Assembly: GCA_963804165.1 (NCBI GenBank)
Contig: CAWDPO010000035.1
Span: 128,001 to 192,000 of the forward strand
Reading direction: 5' to 3'
Source of the DNA: an uncultured delta proteobacterium
GTDB taxonomy: Bacteria; Desulfobacterota; Binatia; UBA9968
DNA length: 64,000 nucleotides
The translations under genes and the position numbers were made by a program. The notes under the pieces were generated by a model that had not been told where the DNA came from, did no database searches, and saw only the letters and a program-made list of their open reading frames with translations. Shown one piece after another: positions 20,103 to 29,547 of the stretch. How positions within the stretch are numbered: position 1 is the first letter of the stretch; each line of letters begins with the position of its first letter.

Positions 20103-20816
20103 ATGCGCATTCAAGAATACAATCCACGCGACTGGAGGTCTCATCCGCCTTATACTTTCAAAGCCTATGGCTCGTCGGTCAAGCGCGGACCGCTGAAAAG
20201 GTTGGTGCCGATCCAACAAACGTTGTCGGAGATCACCGGACCGCTGTTCAGCGACATCAAGCTCGAAGCAGGGGAAAACGATCTCACGCGCAACGCCGAT
20301 ACCGGCAAAGAGGCGATGGGCGAGCGCATTATCGTCGTCGGCCGCGTGCTCGACGAGGACGAACGGCCCGTGCCGAACACGGTCATCGAAATCTGGCAGG
20401 CCAACGCTGCCGGCCGCTATCATCATCCAGTCGATCAACACAACGCGCCGCTCGATCCGAACTTCACCGGCGCGGGGCGCTGCGTGACCAATGAAAAAGG
20501 CGAGTATCGCTATTTGACGATCAAGCCTGGCGCTTATCCCTGGCTCAATCATCCCAATGCGTGGCGACCGGCGCATATTCATCTATCAATATTCGGCCCG
20601 AGTTTCGTTACGCGTCTGGTGACGCAATTTTTCTTTCCCGGCGATCCATTGATACCGCTCGATCCGATTTTAAGTTCGGTGCCGACAAAGAACGGGCGCG
20701 AGCGGCTGATGGCGAGCTATGCACATGATGTGACCGAGCCTGAGTTCGCGTTGGGCTATCGCTTCGATATTGTGTTGCGTGGCAGAAAAGCAACGCCGTT
20801 CGAGGAACCAAGATGA
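20103..20816 (+). CDS. pcaH: Protocatechuate 3,4-dioxygenase beta subunit
   Basis: EIWQANAAGRYHH, PGAYPW, WRPAHIH Fe ligands. Confidence 0.95.
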   Translation: MRIQEYNPRDWRSHPPYTFKAYGSSVKRGPLKRLVPIQQTLSEITGPLFSDIKLEAGENDLTRNADTGKEAMGERIIVVGRVLDEDERPVPNTVIEIWQANAAGRYHHPVDQHNAPLDPNFTGAGRCVTNEKGEYRYLTIKPGAYPWLNHPNAWRPAHIHLSIFGPSFVTRLVTQFFFPGDPLIPLDPILSSVPTKNGRERLMASYAHDVTEPEFALGYRFDIVLRGRKATPFEEPR

Positions 20817-21385
20817 GGAAACAAACACCTTCACAAACCGTCGGCCCTTTCTACGCCATCGGCATGACACGCAAAGCGATGAATGTCATGGCGACCGACG
20901 CGACCCAGGGTCAACGGATTCGGATCGAAGGGCAAGTCTTCGACGGCGACGGCAAGGCAATTCCCGACGTCATGGTGGAGATTTGGCAAGCCAACGCCTA
21001 CGGCCGCTATAATCACCCCGACGACAAACAGGAAAAACCGCTTGATCCGAGCTTCACGGGCTGGGGCCGTTCGGGCACCGATGAAAAATGTCTTTACAGT
21101 TTTGAAACGATCAAGCCCGGGCCGGTGCCTGGAAATGACGAGTCGGTGCAGGCGCCGCACCTCAACGTGGTCATCTTCGCGCGTGGCATGTTGGTGCACG
21201 CGTACACGAGAATGTATTTTGCCGATGAAGCGGCGAACGAGAGCGATCCCGTGCTGAATTCGGTCAAGAACAACGCGCGGCGGCGGACTCTGATCGCTGC
21301 CAGGGAAGACAGGAACGGCAGACCCGTCTACCGTTTCGACATCCGGCTCCAGGGTGAGAATGAGACGGTTTTCTTCGATATGTGA
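20813..21385 (+). CDS. pcaG: Protocatechuate 3,4-dioxygenase alpha subunit
   Basis: TPSQTVGPFY, QAPHLNVVIFARG, YRFDIRLQGENETVFFD. Confidence 0.95.
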   Translation: MRKQTPSQTVGPFYAIGMTRKAMNVMATDATQGQRIRIEGQVFDGDGKAIPDVMVEIWQANAYGRYNHPDDKQEKPLDPSFTGWGRSGTDEKCLYSFETIKPGPVPGNDESVQAPHLNVVIFARGMLVHAYTRMYFADEAANESDPVLNSVKNNARRRTLIAAREDRNGRPVYRFDIRLQGENETVFFDM

Positions 21386-21404
21386 GGGAAAGAAACTGGA
21401 AGTC

Positions 21405-21487
21405 GAGATGCTTCGCTGTGCTCAGCATGACAACCCCGGAGAAGCGTTCTTCTGAGGCGGTCATCCTGAGCCATCGCGAAGGATCTC
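21405..21487. repeat. Inverted pair of REP-like palindromes between pcaG and pcaB
   Basis: GAGATGCTTCGCTGTGCTCAGCATGACA (21405-21432) and GTCATCCTGAGCCATCGCGAAGGATCTC (21460-21487). Confidence 0.75.
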
Positions 21488-21537
21488 GTCATAGCGTAGT
21501 TGGTCGAAGGAATTCGAGAACACTAATCCCCTTAAAG

Positions 21538-22890
21538 ATGACTACGGTTCTAAATTCAGCTATCTTCGGCCCGCTATTTAGCGACGACGAGATCGCAAAA
21601 CTCTTGAGCGACGATGCTTTCGTGCGTGCGCTGGTCGAAGTGGAGATTGCTTTAGCTCGCGCTGAGGCTCGCCTCGGCGTCATCCCAACACATGCGGCCG
21701 AGCAGATTGGCCATGTGCGAGCGAAAAATATTGATGTCGCCGCGCTGGCGACGGGAACTGTGCGTTCAGGATTTCCGATCATCGCCCTGGTTCAGGAGTT
21801 GCGCAAGCAGGTGAGTGTGGAAGCCGCGCCGTACGTTCACTGGGGCGCGACGACGCAAGACATCATAGATAGCGCTTGTGTTTTGCAGCTTCGCGCGGCG
21901 GCTGACTTGTTCAAGGCAAGGCTCGGTGAGATCGCGCGCCATTTGAGCACACTAATCGATCGCCATCGAAATACGATTCTGCCCGGACGGACGCATGGTC
22001 AGCAGGCATTGCCGGTGACCTTCGGTTTGAAAGTCGCGGCTTGGTTGGCGCCAGTTCTGCGTCATTTGCAACGTCTCGAGGAAATCCTGCCGCGCTTGCT
22101 GGTTGTCCAGTTCGGCGGCGCTGCGGGGACGTTGGCAGCGCTGGGCGATAAGGGTTTGGCCGTTGCGGAGGAATTGGCCAAGGAACTTAAATTAGGCGTG
22201 CCGGCGATGCCTTGGCATGCGCAGCGCGATTCATTCGTTGAGTTTGCGGGCTGGCTGAGTCTCGTCACGGGATCGCTCGGCAAGATGGCGCAGGATATTA
22301 TTCTCATGGCGCAGACCGAAGTCGGTGAAATCGGTGAGTCGGCGGAGAAAGGCCGCGGTGGCAGCAGCACGATGCCGCAGAAGGCCAATCCGATCACGAG
22401 CGAGCTTATCGTTGCCGCGGCTCGTACCAATACAGCGCTGCTCTCCGCCATGCACCAAGCGCAGATTCAAGAACACGAGCGCGCGACGCACGGCTGGCAA
22501 GTGGAATGGCTGACGCTACCGCAGATGATCACGCTCACCGGCGCGGCATTGAAGCACGCTCTTTATTTGGCCAAGAACCTGCAGGCCGATACAAGCGCGA
22601 TGCGCGCTAATATCTCGCGCGCAAACGATGTGATTCTCGCCGAGGCGGCGGTGTTTGCGTTGGCGAAAGTGATGCCTCGCCAACAGGCGGAGGAATTGGT
22701 CAAGAAAGCCTGCGCCGCGGCCGTGGCCGAAAACACACCGCTGATCGGCGTCGTGGAAAGATTGGCGGTCGATTCGGTTACGAAAGGCGAGGTCGATTGG
22801 CAGGCGCTGGCTAGGCCGGAAAACTACTTAGGTGTGACCGATGAAATTATAAACCAAGTGCTCACACGGGCGGAAAAGTTTTTGCGCTGA
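21538..22890 (+). CDS. pcaB: 3-carboxy-cis,cis-muconate cycloisomerase
   Basis: VHWGATTQDIID, GRTHGQQA, GGSSTMPQKANP fumarase-superfamily motif; ATG 21538 lies after the repeat. Confidence 0.92.
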   Translation: MTTVLNSAIFGPLFSDDEIAKLLSDDAFVRALVEVEIALARAEARLGVIPTHAAEQIGHVRAKNIDVAALATGTVRSGFPIIALVQELRKQVSVEAAPYVHWGATTQDIIDSACVLQLRAAADLFKARLGEIARHLSTLIDRHRNTILPGRTHGQQALPVTFGLKVAAWLAPVLRHLQRLEEILPRLLVVQFGGAAGTLAALGDKGLAVAEELAKELKLGVPAMPWHAQRDSFVEFAGWLSLVTGSLGKMAQDIILMAQTEVGEIGESAEKGRGGSSTMPQKANPITSELIVAAARTNTALLSAMHQAQIQEHERATHGWQVEWLTLPQMITLTGAALKHALYLAKNLQADTSAMRANISRANDVILAEAAVFALAKVMPRQQAEELVKKACAAAVAENTPLIGVVERLAVDSVTKGEVDWQALARPENYLGVTDEIINQVLTRAEKFLR

Positions 22891-22911
22891 TGAACAGCTA
22901 ATCTGGACGCT

Positions 22912-23844
22912 ATGAACAAGACAACGAAAGCCGACAAGATTGTTTCCATGCGGGATGCCGTCGCCGACTACGTCACCGACGACTGCTCAGTGGCGATCGA
23001 AGGGTTTACCGGTTTTATTTCGTTTGCCGGCGGCCACGAGATTATCCGCCAGCGGCGCCGCGATTTGACTCTGATCCGCATGACACCGGATTTGATCTAC
23101 GATCAGATGATCGCAGCCGGCACGGCGAGAAAACTGATATTCAGTTATATGGGCAACCCGGGCGTCGGTTCGCTTTATTGTATTCGCCGCGCCGTGGAGA
23201 AAAGTATTCCACTTCCCTTGGAGTTGGAAGAGTATTCCCACTATGGGCTGGTCGGCCGCTACGCAGCAGGCGCCGCACGGATGCCGTTTTTCGCGCTGCG
23301 GAGTTACGTCGGCTCAGACATGCTGACTGCCAACCCGTTAATTAAATTGATCGACGATCCCTATGGCACCGGCAAGATCGCCGTCGTGCCGCCGCTCAAT
23401 CCCGACGTCGCTATCCTTCACGCCCAGCGCGCCGATCGACAAGGGAACACGCAAATCTGGGGTCTCGTCGGCATGCAAAAAGAAGTGGCGTTCGCCGCCA
23501 AGCACGTGATCGTCGTGGTCGAAGAGATCGTCGATGAGTCCGTCGTCCGCGCCGATCCCAACCGGACGTTAATTCCCGGCTTGATCGTCGATGCGGTGGT
23601 ACATGAACCGTATGGCGCACATCCTTCCTATGTCCAGGGCTACTATGACCGCGACAACGAGTCCTATCTCGCCTGGGACAAGCTTTCGCAGGATCACGCG
23701 GCGGTGGTGGCGTGGCTTGCCGAATGGGTCTACGGTCTGGAAAATTTCGGTGCTTACGTACGTAAAATAGGGCAAGCTCATTTTGACCAGCTCAAGCCGG
23801 AGCCATATCCCGCGCCGTCGGTCGATTACGGGAGGTATCGATGA
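22912..23844 (+). CDS. pcaI: 3-oxoadipate CoA-transferase subunit A (GctA/CatI type)
   Basis: EGFTGFI, HEIIRQ, RMTPDL, GNPGVGSL, GAHPS; pca context. Confidence 0.8.
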   Translation: MNKTTKADKIVSMRDAVADYVTDDCSVAIEGFTGFISFAGGHEIIRQRRRDLTLIRMTPDLIYDQMIAAGTARKLIFSYMGNPGVGSLYCIRRAVEKSIPLPLELEEYSHYGLVGRYAAGAARMPFFALRSYVGSDMLTANPLIKLIDDPYGTGKIAVVPPLNPDVAILHAQRADRQGNTQIWGLVGMQKEVAFAAKHVIVVVEEIVDESVVRADPNRTLIPGLIVDAVVHEPYGAHPSYVQGYYDRDNESYLAWDKLSQDHAAVVAWLAEWVYGLENFGAYVRKIGQAHFDQLKPEPYPAPSVDYGRYR

Positions 23845-24608
23845 GCGATCCCGGTTATTCAGCTTCGGAGATGATGATCGCAGTGGCGGCGCGCATGTTG
23901 AAAGGCGCGCGCACCGTATTCGTCGGCGTCGGTCTCCCCAACATCGCCTGCAACCTGGCGCGCGTTACCGTCGCCCCGGATATGGAGCTGATCTATGAGT
24001 CCGGCGTTTATGGCGCGCGACCGGAGCGGCTGCCGCTCTCCATCGGCGATCCAACGCTGGTCAGCGGCGCTGTCTCTGTGGTCTCCATGGCGGATCTGTT
24101 CGGGCTATATCTACAAAGGGGCTTGGTCGAAATCGCGCTGCTCGGCGGCGCGCAGATCGATAATCACGGCAATCTCAATTCCACAGTGATCGGTGACTAT
24201 GCTAAACCAAAAACGCGCCTGCCGGGGAGCGGCGGCGCCTGCGAGATCGCCACCAACGCGCAACGGACGTTCATGATCATGCGACTCAAGCGCCGCGCCT
24301 TCGTCGAAAAGCTCGACTTTGTCACCAGCCCCGGCCACTTGACTGGAGGCGACAGCCGCGCCCGTCTCGGCCTTCCCGGCGGTGGACCCGAGATCGTGAT
24401 TACCGACATGGCTATCTTGAATTTCGACAATCCTGAGCGCGAGATGCAGCTGAGCGCGCTTTATCCCGGCGTGTCCGCGAAGCACGTGCAGGACGAAGTC
24501 GGTTGGCCGCTGCGGCTAGCGACAAAGATCGAGGAAGTTTCCGCACCATCGGCAGAAGAGCTGCGCTTGATTCGCGAAGACCTCGATCCCAATGGGATGT
24601 ATCGCTAG
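23841..24608 (+). CDS. pcaJ: 3-oxoadipate CoA-transferase subunit B (GctB/CatJ type)
   Basis: FVGVGLP, LIYESG catalytic Glu, GGAQID..GNLNST, LPGSGGACEI. Confidence 0.8.
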   Translation: MSDPGYSASEMMIAVAARMLKGARTVFVGVGLPNIACNLARVTVAPDMELIYESGVYGARPERLPLSIGDPTLVSGAVSVVSMADLFGLYLQRGLVEIALLGGAQIDNHGNLNSTVIGDYAKPKTRLPGSGGACEIATNAQRTFMIMRLKRRAFVEKLDFVTSPGHLTGGDSRARLGLPGGGPEIVITDMAILNFDNPEREMQLSALYPGVSAKHVQDEVGWPLRLATKIEEVSAPSAEELRLIREDLDPNGMYR

Positions 24609-24623
24609 CACGGCGACCGACCA

Positions 24624-25160
24624 TCATTTGCTCACGCCGCTATAATAAATTCGCGTCCCATCCGCTCGGGCAAAACCTGGCAGCGAATGCTGGTGGCAGG
24701 TGTCGTCCATGATGTGTTGCACATTCCAGCCGCGCACGAGAAGTGCATCCGCGAGTAACTGCCGATGACAACGCCAGGGAACCGCTTCGGCGCACATGAC
24801 GGCGATCCGGTTTCGGTGCGCAATCGTTTCCATCTCCCTCATGATTTGCTCGAATTCATCCGTCAACATGAAATCCGCGTAGGCGCGAAACGCGGCGACG
24901 CGCCATCCAGTATTCGGCGAGTCGGGCGCAGGTTTGCGAAAGCCGCCGAGGTCGCCACGCCAGAGATAATCGATGCCGCTCGCTTGCAGCGACGCGGCTA
25001 ACGGCTCGCGATTGAAATGCGGATAGCGTCGCGACGCCGGCCAGCGGCGCACGTCGACGAGCATCTCGATTGCGTGAGTCCGCAGCAACTCGATCAAAGC
25101 ATCGATGGTTCTTGTCGAGTGACCGACGGTGTGGACGGTGCGCGGCGAATCGCAGCTCAT
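24624..25160 (-). CDS. DUF488 family protein
   Basis: TVGHSTR, LVDVRRWPASRRYPHFN, LGGFR, MCAEAVPWRCHR. Confidence 0.9.
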   Translation of the reverse strand: MSCDSPRTVHTVGHSTRTIDALIELLRTHAIEMLVDVRRWPASRRYPHFNREPLAASLQASGIDYLWRGDLGGFRKPAPDSPNTGWRVAAFRAYADFMLTDEFEQIMREMETIAHRNRIAVMCAEAVPWRCHRQLLADALLVRGWNVQHIMDDTCHQHSLPGFARADGTRIYYSGVSK

Positions 25161-25227
25161 GTGCAGAATTGCTCAAATTCACTTACCGGCGGCTGGATCT
25201 CATCCCCACTGATGCTATCATCGCGCC

Positions 25228-26499
25228 ATGTGGCATTCTATTCCGCTGACACTTTTCTGGTTCGTCTATTTCGGTTCCTTGGGCATCTTCTTTCCTTACT
25301 TCGCTCTTTATCTCAGGGAGAATGCCGGGCTGACCGGCACAGAAGTAGGATTGATTCTAGCGATCTCGCCGTTTATCGGTATGCTCACTCAGCCGTTCTG
25401 GGGACACCTGGCGGACCGCACCGGCGCGCGCAGCCGCATGCTCGCGCTTCTCACCTTGGGCACGGCGTTGGGTTATCTGGGACTCGGGATTGTGGAAGGT
25501 TTTTGGCCGATTGTTCTAGCCACAGCTGTGCTTGCACTGGTGGGGACGGCGATTTTTCCAATCATGACGTCGGTGAGCCTGGCGATTCTCCGCGACGAGG
25601 GCCGCCATGCCTTTGGACGGGTGCGCGTGTGGGGCACGATCGGCTATTTTATTCTCATCCTCGCATTTCCGTGGATGCTCGCCGCTGTTCAACCGTCGTC
25701 GGGAAGCACGTCGGCTGTCAATGTGCAGCCGGGCCTTGGTTTGATGTTTCCCATCACGGCAAGTTTGGTGTTTGGCGCGGCGCTGATCGCTTTTTTGCTG
25801 CCCAGGGGCGGAGCGGTGGCGCTGCGCGCTGCGCGCGGCGATTGGCGCGAGCTCGCACACAACCGCGCGTTTCTAAGGTTCCTGTTGTTCGCCCTCATCG
25901 CTCACTTCCTGATGCATGGGCCGATGTGGTTATTCCCGCTCTTCGTGCGCTCGCGGGGCGGCGATATCGAAACGATCCGCAACATGTGGATTCTCATGTT
26001 GCTGTTCGAGATCCCGCTCGTGCTTTCGACGGGAAGCGGACTGAAGCGGCTCGGCGCCCGCGGGTTGCTCGGCGTCGGCGTCCTGGTCGGTGGCCTGCGC
26101 TGGTTTTTATGCGCCATGATCACCGATGCCACTCTCCTGTTCGCCGTGCAGGCGCTGCACGGCGTGACCGTCGTCGGGCTCAATTTGGGCAGCCCGCTTT
26201 ACCTTGACGTCGTGGCGCCGGAAAAACTGCGCTCCACGGCGCAAGGAATTCTCTCGATGGTGGGCGCCGGCATCGCCGGCATTGCCTCGAACGTCTCGGC
26301 CGGTTGGCTTATGGATCGAGGCGGCATCGATTTGCTTTATCTAATTTGCGGCGTCGGCGCGCTTACCTTGGGTGCGTTCGCATGGTGGATTTTACCCGGC
26401 GTGCAGCGCTCGGCGGGAGAATTGCCACACGTGCCAGTGCCGGGCGATACTTGGCGTAAGTATTGGCGACGTGGGCACTACTATGATCACGGTGCGTGA
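25228..26499 (+). CDS. MFS transporter (nucleoside/PPP-like)
   Basis: About 12 TM helices, WGHLADRTG motif A, FGRVRVWGTIG. Confidence 0.88.
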   Translation: MWHSIPLTLFWFVYFGSLGIFFPYFALYLRENAGLTGTEVGLILAISPFIGMLTQPFWGHLADRTGARSRMLALLTLGTALGYLGLGIVEGFWPIVLATAVLALVGTAIFPIMTSVSLAILRDEGRHAFGRVRVWGTIGYFILILAFPWMLAAVQPSSGSTSAVNVQPGLGLMFPITASLVFGAALIAFLLPRGGAVALRAARGDWRELAHNRAFLRFLLFALIAHFLMHGPMWLFPLFVRSRGGDIETIRNMWILMLLFEIPLVLSTGSGLKRLGARGLLGVGVLVGGLRWFLCAMITDATLLFAVQALHGVTVVGLNLGSPLYLDVVAPEKLRSTAQGILSMVGAGIAGIASNVSAGWLMDRGGIDLLYLICGVGALTLGAFAWWILPGVQRSAGELPHVPVPGDTWRKYWRRGHYYDHGA

Positions 26500-27307
26500 C
26501 GCCGACGGGTTCTTCGAGCGCGATAGCAAGATCTGGCAAGTCAACCGCGAGATGATTTTGCTACTTGCCGGTGGGCGGGCGCTGCTGATGCAGCTCGCGC
26601 ATCCCAAAGTTGCCGCCGGCGTCGCGGAGCATAGCCGCTTTCAAGAGGATCCGCTCGCCCGCCTTTACCGCACCATGAGCGCGATGTGGTCGATCGTGTT
26701 CGACGAGCGATCACAAGCGCGCGCGGCGCTTGAGAGGGTCGCCAACGTCCACAAGAGAGTGCATGGCGTGGTTTCCGGCGGTGAGTTGGTATTTGCGCGC
26801 GAGCCCTATGACGCGATGGATCAAGAGTTGCTGCTCTGGGTGCATGCAACGCTGATCGATTCGGCGCTGATCGCCTACCATCTTTTTGTCACGCCCATGG
26901 CCGAGGCTGAGAGATCCGCGTATTACGACGATTCGAAGAAACTTGCTTCCTTGTTCGGCATAAACGACGAAATCGTTCCGTGTTCTCTCGGAGCATTTGA
27001 AGCGTACATGAATCGCATGTTGCTCGGCGCTGCGATGACTTCGGGACCGATGGCAAAACGTCTTGCTCACGATGTCCTCTATCCGCGTCCATGGATCTTC
27101 AAACCCGGCGGACCGTTGTTTCGATTCGTGACGGCCGGGCTGCTGCCGGAAAAAATTCGCGCTGCTTATGATCTAAAATGGAACGCGCGGAATGAAAAGA
27201 TGCTGGCTTTGCTCGCCAGCGCGATTCGCGGATTGCTTCCTGTGATTCCCGCGCCGATACGGATCGTGCCCAACGCGCGTGCGGCTGAAAGGGTAAGCCG
27301 GAGTTAA
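26483..27307 (+). CDS. Oxygenase MpaB family (DUF2236) protein
   Basis: GGRALLMQLAHP.VAAGV.EHS, VH.RVHG, LLWVHATL. Confidence 0.88.
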   Translation: MITVRDADGFFERDSKIWQVNREMILLLAGGRALLMQLAHPKVAAGVAEHSRFQEDPLARLYRTMSAMWSIVFDERSQARAALERVANVHKRVHGVVSGGELVFAREPYDAMDQELLLWVHATLIDSALIAYHLFVTPMAEAERSAYYDDSKKLASLFGINDEIVPCSLGAFEAYMNRMLLGAAMTSGPMAKRLAHDVLYPRPWIFKPGGPLFRFVTAGLLPEKIRAAYDLKWNARNEKMLALLASAIRGLLPVIPAPIRIVPNARAAERVSRS

Positions 27308-28260
27308 CGCGGTAAGCCGGTGTCTTCGGCCACGCCGAGCATGAGATTCAAATTCTGGATCGCCACGCCGGCGGCGCCTTTGCCGAGATTGTCGAGCCGG
27401 GCCATCAGCAGGACATGACCGGACTCGTGCGGCAGCACGCGCAGGGAGATTCGATTGGTATCGTTGAGCGCTTGCGGATCGAAGGTAAGTTCGTCTGTCT
27501 CACCGTCTTCCCACAGTGGCTCAACCTCGACGAACGGTTCTTTCTCGTATCGTGCTGACAGAATCTCCCACATGGCTTTACCGCTGCCCGACTTTAGCCG
27601 CGCCTTCGCAGGGATCATGATTTCAACGCGCATACCGCAACGAAACGGTCCGACGTTGGGGAGGAAATACGGTTCTGCGGTGAGCGCTCCACGGCGCATG
27701 ATCTCCGGGATGTGTTTGTGAAACTTGGTGATGCTGTACGGCGCTTCGTGCGGCAAATTGAACAGTTTCCGCTCGGGATCTTCCCAGCGTCCGATCAGCG
27801 ACCGCCCGCCGCCTGAATAGCCGGAGAGAGCGTGAATCGACAGTGGGGTGTCGGGCAGCATCAATCCCGCGTCCACGAGTGGGCGTAACAACAAAATCAC
27901 GGCGGAGGAGTAACAGCCGGGATTCGCCACACGTCGAGCATTCGCAATTTGTTCTCGCTGTCCGGCAATTAGTTCCGGTAAGCCGTAGACCCAGTCATCG
28001 CTCACGCGGTGTGCTGTGCTGGCGTCGAGAATTCGCACCGGTGCATCGGTGAGCCAAGCGGCAGCTTCTTTCGCCGCATCATCGGGCAAGCATAAAAGCA
28101 CGATGCTCGCGTCTTTGAGCGCTTTTTTTCGAGCTTCGGGGTCTTTGCGCAGCTCTTCCGGAAGTGTCACAACTTCGAGATCGTTGCGGCCTTTTAGCCA
28201 GTCGCGGATTCGTAGCGCCGTCGTGCCGGCTTGGCCGTCGATGTAGATTTTGGGCGGCAT
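27304..28260 (-). CDS. argC: N-acetyl-gamma-glutamyl-phosphate reductase (type 2)
   Basis: IYIDGQAGTTAL, LCLPDDAA, DASTAHR, ANPGCY, DNLGKGAAGVAIQNLNLM. Confidence 0.93.
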   Translation of the reverse strand: MPPKIYIDGQAGTTALRIRDWLKGRNDLEVVTLPEELRKDPEARKKALKDASIVLLCLPDDAAKEAAAWLTDAPVRILDASTAHRVSDDWVYGLPELIAGQREQIANARRVANPGCYSSAVILLLRPLVDAGLMLPDTPLSIHALSGYSGGGRSLIGRWEDPERKLFNLPHEAPYSITKFHKHIPEIMRRGALTAEPYFLPNVGPFRCGMRVEIMIPAKARLKSGSGKAMWEILSARYEKEPFVEVEPLWEDGETDELTFDPQALNDTNRISLRVLPHESGHVLLMARLDNLGKGAAGVAIQNLNLMLGVAEDTGLPR

Positions 28261-28446
28261 CTCAATTGCTTTTTTGTTCCAGTTAACGATGAAGAGTCTA
28301 CGCTGATTTTCGGAGCTTAGCAAAACTACGGCTGTTTGACTTGAAACGATGCGAGGACGTGACATATACCGGAGCCTAAATTAAGGGCAACGCTGCATCT
28401 GAAGGCAGCGAGCTTCATTCGATACCCGGGCAGGGAGGATTCGCAC

Positions 28447-29526
28447 ATGACTAAGGCAGTTCAAATCATCGGCTTGGCTATAATCGCTTTCGTCGCAGGC
28501 TCGATGTCGAGGAGCGGTTTTGCCGCCGAGTTATCAGCGGAGCAACTCTACGCCTCGTTGGCCAAATTGTCCGCGGACCAACGAGATAAGCGTTTGGAAG
28601 AGGGCGCGCGCAAAGAGGGCAAGCTCAATTTTGTGCACACCTGGCGCGGCAAGAACGCTAGAGATCACGCCAGACTTTTCGAAAAACGCTATCCCTTCAT
28701 CAAACTCGACATGGGCGACCTGGGTTCGCAGGATGCAGCTGAACGCTTCATTGCCGAGGAGACCGCCGGCCGCCACCTAACGGATATTCTCACGTTGGGT
28801 GTGCCTGACATGGCCGTCATCCTGAAGCAAAATCTAGTTGCCAAGTACCCCACGCCGGCGACCAAAAAAATTTTGAAGCAGTACCACGGCTTCATCGACA
28901 AAGAAAATCGCTGGGTGCCGTGGTATTGGGCCGAGCACGGCATTTCCTACAACACGAACTTGATCAAGCCGGACAGGGCGCCTAAGACCTGGTTCGATCT
29001 CTGCAAACCGGAGTTTAAAGGTCAAGCCTCTTTTGACCCATCGGAGACCCGATTCTTGGCGGGCCTCTATGTCATGATGGGCGAAGAGAAGACCAAAGAG
29101 TGGCTGAAGTGCATGGGGCAGAACCAGCCGATCGTTCAAACCGGCCACACCCAGCGCATGGAGCTCATGCTCACCGGCGACCACGCGTTGCAGGGCGACA
29201 ATTATTTTTACACCGGCATGGAAGCCAAGAAAAAAGATCCCAAGGCACCTTTCGCCATGGTACTGACGGCGCCGATCCTTTCGTTCGCCGGCGGCATGAT
29301 CATCAACAAGAACACGCAGAATCCCTACGCGTCGGCTTTGTTCGTCGACTGGACGCTGTCGCAGGACAGCCAAAATATGATCAATGGAATATTGCGCGGG
29401 CCGCTGGCGATCAAACATCCGTTTCTTCCCGATGATGTGAAGCTGGTGACCTACAATATCGTGAGCGACGATATCACCAAACGGCTGCACGACGCCTGGG
29501 GCCAATATATCGGCCGGGGGAAATAA
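28447..29526 (+). CDS. Fe(III)/thiamine-type ABC substrate-binding protein
   Basis: Signal peptide, GARKEGKL, FEKRYPFI, YNTNLI, P.TWFDL. Confidence 0.88.
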   Translation: MTKAVQIIGLAIIAFVAGSMSRSGFAAELSAEQLYASLAKLSADQRDKRLEEGARKEGKLNFVHTWRGKNARDHARLFEKRYPFIKLDMGDLGSQDAAERFIAEETAGRHLTDILTLGVPDMAVILKQNLVAKYPTPATKKILKQYHGFIDKENRWVPWYWAEHGISYNTNLIKPDRAPKTWFDLCKPEFKGQASFDPSETRFLAGLYVMMGEEKTKEWLKCMGQNQPIVQTGHTQRMELMLTGDHALQGDNYFYTGMEAKKKDPKAPFAMVLTAPILSFAGGMIINKNTQNPYASALFVDWTLSQDSQNMINGILRGPLAIKHPFLPDDVKLVTYNIVSDDITKRLHDAWGQYIGRGK

Positions 29527-29547
29527 ACGCCGGGCGCATTTCCGATC

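Noticed and set aside
21382-21537. N-terminal extension of PcaB in the ORF track
   Set aside because: It is translated repeat DNA; homology begins at ATG 21538.
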